From Macrostomum lignano (taxonomy: Eukaryota), in assembly GCA_002269645.1 (NCBI GenBank), contig NIVC01001710.1, forward strand, positions 124,001 through 188,000: a DNA stretch of 64,000 nucleotides, in the 5' to 3' direction. The notes beneath the pieces are model-generated. The model saw nothing but the letters and a program-made list of their open reading frames with translations, was not told the origin of the DNA and made no database searches. The translations under genes and the position numbers were made by a program. Of the stretch, positions 55,601 to 64,000 are shown piece by piece; position 1 is the stretch's first letter, and each line of letters starts with the position of its first letter.

Positions 55601-58600
55601 TTTCTCTAGTTTTGCCGATCAAGCCTCGATAGTGGGCAAAAATCAACTGCTGGACATCCTCAGCTAGTCAGTCAAGCATTTAGCCATCACCCCGACGCCG
55701 TCGGCACCTTCAACAGGTGGCACCAGGGGAGTAAGGACACCTGAGCGTGATTTTTCATCATGCTCTTAACATTTCTGAATCATTATAAAATAAAAAAACG
55801 GATTGAATTTACTGGCTTCTTATAAGCATAACCCTTTCTGCATAAAAATTCGGTTCAATATTATAGTTGAATAAACTAAACAGCTTTTCGAATAAAATAT
55901 GTATGTAGCTCGTATGCATAAAAGTATGTGTAATAATAATATAAATATACAGCAACATGAGTTCAAGCTTAACTATAGCAATTTCCGTGCTTTAAAAATT
56001 TTGAGAGCTTCAGAAATGTTAAGAGCATGATGAAAAATCACGCTCAGGTGTCCTTACTCCCCTGGTGCCACCTGTTGAAGGTGCCGACGGCGTCGGGGTG
56101 ATGACAGAATGCTTAGGAGACTAGCTGAAGGTGTCCAGCAGTTGAGGCTTGCCTACTGTCGAGGCTTGATCGGCGAAACTAGAGAAATTCGCATCAGGGT
56201 GTCCATAGTCACTTGGTGTCATCTGTTGAAGGAGCCGACGGCGTCGGGATGATGACGGAATGCTTAGGAGACTAGCTGAAGGTGTCGAGCAGTTGAGGCT
56301 TGCCTACTGTCGAGGCTTGATCGGCGAAACTAGAGAAATTCGCATCAGGGTGTCCATAGTCACTTGGTGTCATCTGTTGAAGGAGCCGACGGCGTCGGGA
56401 TGATGACGGAATGCTTGAGAGACTAGCTGACAATGTCCGTCGGTTGAGGTTTGCTCATTATTGAAGCTTGATAAGAAAGACCTGACATAGTTGCAAAAGG
56501 ACGTCCATAGTCACCTGATGCCACCTGTTGAAGGAGCCGACGGTGTCGGGATGATGACGGAATGCTCAGGAGACTAGCTGAGGGTGTCCAGCAGTTGAGG
56601 CTTGCCTACTGTCGAGGCTTGATCGGCGAAACTAGAGAAATTCGCATCAGGGTATCCATAGTCACTTGGTGTCATCTGTTGAAGGAGCCGACGGCGTCGG
56701 GATGATGACGGAATGCTTAGGAGACTAGCTGAAGGTGTCGAGCAGTTGAGGCTTGCCTACTGTCGAGGCTTGATCGGCGAAACTAGAGAAATTCGCATCA
56801 GGGTGTCCATAGTCACTTGGTGTCATCTGTTGAAGGAGCCGACGGCGTCGGGATGATGACGGAATGCTTAGGAGACTAGCTGAAGGTGTCGAGCAGTTGA
56901 GGCTTGCCTACTGTCGAGGCTTGATCGGCGAAACTAGAGAAATTCGCATCAGGGTGTCCATAGTCACTTGGTGTCATCTGTTGAAGGAGCCGACGGCGTC
57001 GGGATGATGACGGAATGCTTGAGAGACTAGCTGACAATGTCCGTCGGTTGAGGTTTGCTCATTATTGAAGCTTGATAAGAAAGACCTGACATAGTTGCAA
57101 AAGGACGTCCATAGTCACCTGATGCCACCTGTTGAAGGAGCCGACGGTGTCGGGATGATGACGGAATGCTCAGGAGACTAGCTGAGGGTGTCCGGCAGTT
57201 GAGGCTTGCCTACTGTCGAGGCTTGATCGGTGAAACTCGAGAAATTCGCATCAAGGTGTTCATAGTCACCTGGTGCCACCTGTTGAAGGTCTAGAAGCTC
57301 CGTCTCGGTGAAGGCCAGTAACCAACGAAGTCAGAGCTGATGCAGACACATTTGGTCGACGTGCTGATGAAATTTGGAGACTTGGCAAGGCTGCACTGAG
57401 GCGCAGTGCTAATTGGCGCACAGGGGTGTACTGAATACACTAGCGCTTATGGGAAAAATCCGACCTTCTGGCAGAATCGTCGAATATCTCGACGGTCCGG
57501 AGGGTTGGCGACTTGATTCTTGTTTGAGAAGGTGCGCAACAAGAAGTTAGCCCGTGTTCTTGAATTTCGTGTGCCTGCGTTGCTCCGTTCCGGCGCAGCA
57601 AAAAAAATTGTCAGGGGGGGGGAAATTTTTCCCCCCCTCTTTGTAGTTCTACTGTTAAGCGACCGATGTAAAAAAGCGAACAGGTCAAGCATGATGGCAA
57701 CCCATGCAGCGGGGCGCGACCGAGCACATGAGACCATGCCTGCAGTAGCCGAGATCCAGCTTGATTTACAGCCAATTCAACAGTGCAGCCCGCGGAGCCG
57801 TCCCCGGTCTCCTCAACTAAAAGAAACTCGACTGGCTCTGTTTAACTGGCCTTCTGCCCTCAGCCCAGCTCAGTATTAATCATGCGGCCATGCCGGTCCT
57901 AATCGTGCTTCGCAGGCGGCATCTGGTTGCGATGCCGAAGGGGACCAGAAGCCGATCCCAAGGGGGCCGCCCTCGGGGCTGTCCCTCTGCAGCTCCTCCT
58001 CAGCTCCCTCACTTTTTCTCTGCCGCGTCTCTGTCTTCTCGGCTTCTGGCTTCTCTTGTCCGTTTGGTTGGGCCAACTGTTCTGAGAGGGAGCTGGGGTG
58101 AGAAAAGGAGAACAGAGAGACTGCAGGGGCATCACGGATACAAAATACTTTAAACTACTAATGAATTATGTTTGTCTGGTGCCTAGAAGTGCCTGAGTAA
58201 TTTGATATCCTGACAGACACTGTTGGAGGAAAGCTTTAAAGCCCTCAACCCAGCTAAAGTGACTGACTGACTGACTGACTGACTGACTGACTGACTGACT
58301 GACTGACTGACTGACTGACTGACTGACTGACTGACTGACTGACTGACTGACTGACTGACTGACTGACTGACTGACTGACTGACTGACTGACTGACTGACT
58401 GACTGACTGACTGACTGACTGACTGACTGACTGACTGACTGACTGACTGACTGACTGACTGACTGACTGACTGACTGACTGACTGACTGACTGACTGACT
58501 GACTGACTGACTGACTGACTGACTGACTGACTGACTGACTGACTGACTGACTGACTGACTGACTGACTGACTGACTGACTGACTGACTGACTGACTGACT

Positions 58601-61600
58601 GACTGACTGACTGACTGACTGACTGACTGACTGACTGACTGACTGACTGACTGACTGACTGACTGACTGACTGACTGACTGACTGACTGACTGACTGACT
58701 GACACTAAGACAGACATGAGGCGGCAAAAATAGACACAGCTAGGTGAGAAAGGAAGATGTGGCAAGGGCAGCCCGCAGATGAAGGGCATCAAGGCAGCAT
58801 CCGGATGAGCAGAAAGCAGGGAGAATGTGAGCTCAGCGAGTGGCTGCAGGCCGCATCCCCTGTATCAGGGCGTAGGCTGTGCTGGCAGCCCTTGAGTTTG
58901 GCAGCAGCAGCGCGAGGACCTGGCAGGGGCCAGGTGTAATTCGCGGAAGCGGCAGAGACCACCGCCCCCACCTGTTTTCCACTTCCTGCGACTGCAGCAC
59001 CGGGCGGATAGGGAAAAAATCGCACACCCTCTAACCACACCGGGTCTCCGCTTCCGTCAATATCTCCCAGTTCTGTTCCCGACTCTGCCCTTGAAGCTCT
59101 CTCCGCCTGCATGCCGCTCCGCTCTGCGCAGAGGCAACATCTAAACAAGTGCCCTCGGTCCTCCGGGAGGGCCAAACTTTCTGATGGCATTGTGTTCCTG
59201 TAAACACATCGAAATGTCATACTAGCTCGTAGAGGCAGGAGAGAGAGATTAGACAGAGAGTGGGAGACGCACCAGCACAGATTGGGGTGGTTGGTGGATG
59301 TTGGGGGGGGGACAAGACCCTGTCTGGGGTACGGGGTGGGAGAACATTTGATGCTGAGGTGGCACCCAGGACTGAAGACACCCTCACAGCAGTGCTTGGG
59401 GAATTCCAGCTGGCTGGCGTAGCCGACCACCCCAAAACCGGCCAAAGTGAAAGGCTGCGGCGCAAACCTGCAGCCCCACCCCATCCTCCGGAACGGCGGG
59501 GGGTCAAGCAGCTGCAGGTTGGCCGAACTACAAAAATGAATAAATTGTTGCACAAGAAATCACTCTGTAAAATCGCGCACTGCAAAAAACTAACAGGCTG
59601 CGGCAGCTGCAGGGAGTGAAGCGAATGAGTGACAAGCGGAGTGCCGCTGAAATATTAGAGCTGACCGATCGTGGCTTAATCGTTCAAAATCATAAACACT
59701 TTCTAGCGTAGAATTTAGACTGAAATATTTCCAAAATGCATTCATTTATGGCTATAGATTAGCAATCCATTCTATTCCTTCAACCCTGATGGCTATAGAT
59801 TAGCAATCCATTCTATTCCTTCATCCCTGATGGCTATAGATTAGCAATCCATTCTATTCCTTCATCCCTGATGGCTATAGATTATCAATCCATTCTATTC
59901 CTTCATCCGTGATGGCTATAGATTAGCAATCCATTCTATTCCTTCATCCCTGATGGCTATAGATTAGCAATCCATTCTATTCCTTCATCCCTGATGGAGC
60001 TATAGATTAGCAATCCATTCTATTCCTTCATCCCTGATGGAGCTATAGATTAGCAATCCATTCTATTCCTTCATCCCTGATGGAGCTATAGATTAGCAAT
60101 CCATTCTATTCCTTCATCTGCGATGGCTATAGATTAGCAATCCATTCTATTCCTTCATCCCTGATGGAGCTATAGATTAGCAATCCATTCTATTCCTTCA
60201 TCCCTGATGGAGCTATAGATTAGCAATCCATTCTATTCCTTCATCTGCGATGGCTATAGATTAGCAATCCATTCTATTCCTTCATCCCTGATGGAGCTAT
60301 AGATTAGCAATCCATTCTATTCCTTCATCCCTGATGGAGCTATAGATTAGCAATCCATTCTATTCCTTCATCTGCGATGGCTATAGATTAGCAATCCATT
60401 CTATTCCTTCATCCCTGATGGAGCTATAGATTAGCAATCCATTCTATTCCTTCATCCCTGATGGAGCTATAGATTAGCAATCCATTCTATTCCTTCATCT
60501 GCGATGGCTATAGATTAGCAATCCATTATCTTTCTTTATCTATCTGTTGGCTAGATTAGCTTAACAATCCCCAATTTGTTTCAATTCAGACTGAAGCCCA
60601 TGCTCCATCATTCAGCTGAAGCTGCGCCAACCCGCAGGACACGATCCCCTACCCAAGCGAGTACGGCATCAACTCTCCCAGCGGCATGCAGACGGTGCTG
60701 GCACTCAACCAGGTGCAGACCAGCCTGGCCAACACGCCCACGAAACGGTGCGAGCCGAAGGGCCGATTCCACGCCTTCGACCACCTGCTGGGGTAAGTGG
60801 CATTGTGAATGCCCCCCTCGACTGATATGTGAGCCCCGGACTGATATGTGACCTTTCAGATAGGTCGAATGTCGCCTACTTCCAAATCGATGTGACTTCA
60901 CTCGGTGTGACTTCACTCCCCAGACCAACGTAGCTCCACTTCCCATCTGATTGGCTTAGATAGGATTTTCCCACTCATATTCGACTCAAACTGTTCTCTG
61001 CATCTCACAGTCCCTGACTCCTCTTGCTGAGACAAAAATGCAGTATTATAGAAGAAGACTCGAAACAGGCTTTCTCTATCAACCGGGGCAGCCGAGGTTG
61101 TCAGACGAGAGGCTTGTTCATCGGCGTGAAAGTCCGCAGCAATGAACTGGGGCTGCCCAAATATGGCACAGCTCGTGGGATGAGCTGCGCCTGCTCGTGC
61201 GTTGAGCAGAATAACACACTTAAATAACACTTGGAGTGGGCTGGCCGCTCTCAACTGGAGGGTGCAAACAGACGGCGGAGCGACTTGCAATCCATATTTT
61301 TCCCCACACTCTTAGCCACAACCTCTTGAGCGGCCTTGAGGGCAAGTGCAGCGGACCTTAGCCAACTAACTCAGCAGGTTGGGCTCTGACTGCGGCCGCA
61401 TTGCAATCGAATTCAAATAGAGAGTGTTTAGAATTGGCGTGCGTTGCGCCAAATTTGAAAGATCTTTATGCCCAGTTCTGACGAGTAGTTATACCCCATT
61501 TTGCTGACCCTGATCACGCACACAGGGTGAATAGTGGTCCTTGATTTTCTCTTCGTCAGGCAGTTGTACACTCTCCTCTGTGCTACGGCTTTTGGAACTA

Positions 61601-63861
61601 ATGGACGTTAGTTGCACGAAAAGCCCGTGCTCGAATCCCTAACAAGTTCATCGCTACCAATGGGGGGAGGCGCAGAGCAGCTCAGCGGTAAATGCATTTG
61701 ACTCTTCCAAAACGACCCCTGGTTCGATTCCGTGCGCGAAGTTGGCCGGAAGGTTTTCGTGCGATTCACGCCCATGAGGGCACAGAGAGTGTACATGTCT
61801 GCCGATTAGAAAGTCAGGACCGCTGTACACCCTGTGTGAGCGTGTGTGAGTGATAGAAGATGTCGCGCATTTTGTTACACAGTCAATAAGCTAAGAATGA
61901 AAAATTTGATTCCTAAAACCAATGAGTCGAGCTGTGCCATTTCTATGATATTCAGAGACAGTACATGTACGATTGCACGTAGGATATAAAATTAACATAG
62001 AATCCTAGTTTTCTAAACGAAAAGCTTTATAAATATCAATAGAGATATAAGAGAGGCAAGACACATCAAAAGATGAACATTGGATCTGCCTCCTATCAAA
62101 AACAATAGCAATTTTTTGCTGAAAAATGAAAACCTGCGCTTGTATCTCCGTAGTGTATTTCTTCGGTAAAACCAGCCTCCTAAAATTTTCTCAGAAACGT
62201 AGTTTCCCGTCCTTCTACTTGAGTAGTCCTAGCTCACAATGTTGCTCAATAGTCGGTGCAAAAATTGCTCAAAAGCCTGCTCAGAATCAATACACCAATC
62301 CCAATTTCAGAAGCGTCACCAGCTACGAAAACCAGCTAGCTGACTGCACCACATTCGAGTACCTGAAGCTGATTCGGGACAACTGTAAATGCACGGTCGA
62401 AGGCCTCGTTAAGTCCGAGCCAGATGGTCAGCCGCAGCTGGAATACTGCCACGACCTCCTTGGCGCTCAGAACAAGCCAGACCTGCTCAGCCTGCTGCAG
62501 CGAATCCGCGAGTTCTTTGAAACTGACCCAAGCATCGCCAACTACAGCCTGCTGGACCGCAGCACCGGCAGGATGCGCACAGACATCTTCGACCGGCTGC
62601 ACCTGCCAGACAGATTCGACGCCGCTCAGCTGCTGGCCGACCGATTCCCGGAGATTCAACGCCGTCTGAATCGCCTGAAATGCGCCATGCCTTATTTGAA
62701 GTCCGGCCGCAAGCAGTCCAGTTGCCTGAATATCTGCAACTACACCACCTACGACTTCTCGGTGTTCCAGAGCCGCTGGCCGGATCACAATTTCCAAATT
62801 CGCGGCGCCCGAATCCGCTTGGCCCGCATAGCCGGCATGCTCAAGTCGCGAGTTGACGAAATCAACAAGATGATGCAGAGGAAGCTGGACAATTATGCCA
62901 GCACCGAGCATGCGCTCAACTTTTCTATCACGCATCACAGAGTGAACCTGAGTCGCTGTCTGGACACGGAGCTGGACAGGAAGTCAGACCTGTTCGAAGA
63001 TGACGAGCACTGTGTCCAGGTGCATAACATCATCAAGCAGAGCTTCCTGCAGCTGCGGGTTTATCCGAAAACCCTTACCGTGCGGCAGCTGTTTGAGGAG
63101 CGCAGCTACGAGTTGGTGAATCTGTTCTCCGACCTAGGAGGCATCATGGGTGAGTAGCCACTGCTCTGGGTTGAACGCTGCTAGTAGCTCGTATGTACAT
63201 GTAGGTTGCGGGTGACGGAATAGAATGGATTGCTAATCTATGGATGAATGAATGCGATGGATCGCTAATCTATAGCCCTATCATGGATGAGGGAATAGAA
63301 TGGATTGCTAATGTATAGCCTGTGGGTGCAGGGATTTTAACTACACCACGTAACCCAATTGTTATGAACTCAGACATCTAGGAGTCGTGCAAAGTTACAA
63401 AAGGCCATTAAATCGCTGTCAATACAGGCCTCTGGATCGGCGTTTCCATGGTAACGCTATGCGAGTTCGCCGAAATCTCTCTGATCCTCTGCTCCTACTA
63501 TGCCCTGTCGGTGGTGCGCCGAGTCTCAAATGCGCTGAGCTCTCGGAGAACCAACGAAGACGAAGATTACGACTATCCAACTGATTGCCATGGAAACCAT
63601 TGCGAAGCCGCCGACAAGGGCCAGCAGCGCTCGTTCGCAGCTGCCAATTCCGATCCCTGGACGGAGCTCCAATCACCGCTGCTGGTTGCTCGGCCAACTG
63701 CCGAAGGTCGGGCGGCATCGCAGAGTCCGAGCGACCGATCGGACCTCCACAGACACGACGTTGCAAGCGAGCCGCAGCTGCAGCAGTCGGCCGCGTCGGC
63801 GCCGTCTAGCCGTGCCGCCTCTCCGGACAGCCGATCGGACGGCAAAGAGACCCGACTGTGA
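46607..63861 (+). CDS. DEG/ENaC (amiloride-sensitive sodium channel family) subunit, 766 aa. Exons 46607-47479, 60638-60792, 62311-63149, 63428-63861
   Basis: FAHRTSAHG, TM1, FPDVTFC, YGNCFSF, GLVLVL, GLRVAVH, DTIPYP..GI, QSRWP, LFSDLGGIMG|LWIGVS (GxS filter), TM2. Phases 0, 2, 1 are consistent and exons sum to 2301 nt. Confidence 0.93.
47949..48955. repeat. 34/35-bp minisatellite, ~29 copies
   Basis: Unit GGTAGATTGTGTCTATGGTTTTGGAGGCAGACAAT. Confidence 0.97.
49918..50219 (-). mobile_element. tRNA-derived SINE with a CORE-like central domain
   Basis: Minus strand: A box TAGCCTAGTGG, B box GGTTCGAATC, then TGTCCTTGAGCAAGACACTAAAC...GTAAAATGGG (resembles the CORE consensus), and a (TTA)n tail. 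Confidence 0.8.
51046..51562. repeat. 30-bp minisatellite
   Basis: Unit GGGACAAGT(G/A)GCCATAGACAGTTG(G/A)TGGAT. Confidence 0.97.
52397..52640. repeat. (AGAGT)n microsatellite
   Basis: Direct reading. Confidence 0.98.
53351..53614. repeat. 33-bp minisatellite related to 51046-51562, ~8 copies
   Basis: Unit GGGACAAGTGGCCATAGACAGTTGGTGAATGTA. Confidence 0.96.
54409..57654. mobile_element. Foldback-type element: ~1.4 and ~1.65-kb inverted arms containing 151-bp tandem units, 229-bp AT-rich spacer, flanked by TTAA
   Basis: Arms 54409-55779 and 56009-57654 are reverse complements. Ends are TTAA|CAGTAG ... CTACTG|TTAA, with 27 extra bp near the left end. Units start at 54802, 54953, 55104, 55255, 55406 and 55557. 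No transposase ORF. Confidence 0.9.
58261..58703. repeat. (GACT)n microsatellite, ~110 copies
   Basis: Direct reading. Confidence 0.99.
59748..60527. repeat. 41/43-bp minisatellite, ~19 copies
   Basis: Unit GATGG(AG)CTATAGATTAGCAATCCATTCTATTCCTTCATCCCT. Confidence 0.97.
61515..61845. mobile_element. MITE-like element with ~65-bp imperfect TIRs (..CACACAGGGTG / CACCCTGTGTG..)
   Basis: 61515-61582 is the imperfect reverse complement of 61779-61845; related copies at 9435 and 32175. TSD not resolved. Confidence 0.65.
63215..63320 (-). repeat. Degenerate inverted copies of the 41-bp unit in DEG/ENaC intron 3
   Basis: GGAATAGAATGGATTGCTAATCTAT occurs twice (one with a mismatch); it is the reverse complement of the 59748 unit. 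Confidence 0.8.
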
Positions 63862-64000
63862 AATGGACAGCTCTTTCATGACAGCCCCGCTTCCTTCCAA
63901 GCTTGCGATTGTAATCCAATAGCTCGTATACTAAAAATCTTTAACTCATATTTTAATTAAGAAGCCAGATTTTGTTCCAAGGCTCAACCTTGTGGTAGAA

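Noticed and set aside
54802-57295. CRISPR-like array
   Set aside because: Units are contiguous near-identical repeats without unique spacers, there are no cas genes, and the context is eukaryotic.

Overview
Eukaryotic (metazoan) genomic DNA. GC-rich exons separated by minisatellite-filled introns suggest a flatworm such as Macrostomum lignano; this is an inference from sequence style only. Four host genes were reconstructed by hand with GT-AG introns and consistent phases: the last three exons of an ARFGEF3/BIG3-like gene (+, 7016-9157); a complete JNK MAP kinase (-, 16690-11878, 5 coding exons, 383 aa); a complete CLCA-like VWA/FN3 membrane protein (+, 25299-35019, 9 exons, 1117 aa) whose HExxH zinc motif is destroyed and which carries a Ser/Thr mucin-like stalk; and a complete DEG/ENaC channel subunit (+, 46607-63861, 4 exons, 766 aa) with a 13-kb first intron and a large thumb insertion. 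Mobile DNA includes an intact, recent BEL/Pao LTR retrotransposon (35510-42255), a decayed intron-bearing P/THAP9 transposase, an RTE-type LINE 3' fragment, a tRNA-derived SINE, a hAT MITE with an 8-bp TSD, a second MITE family, and a 3.2-kb TTAA-flanked foldback element built of 151-bp units. Most introns carry their own minisatellite, several of which repeat splice-signal-like motifs or share short cores. There is one assembly gap (2681-2699). No CRISPR array, rRNA or true tRNA gene is supported.
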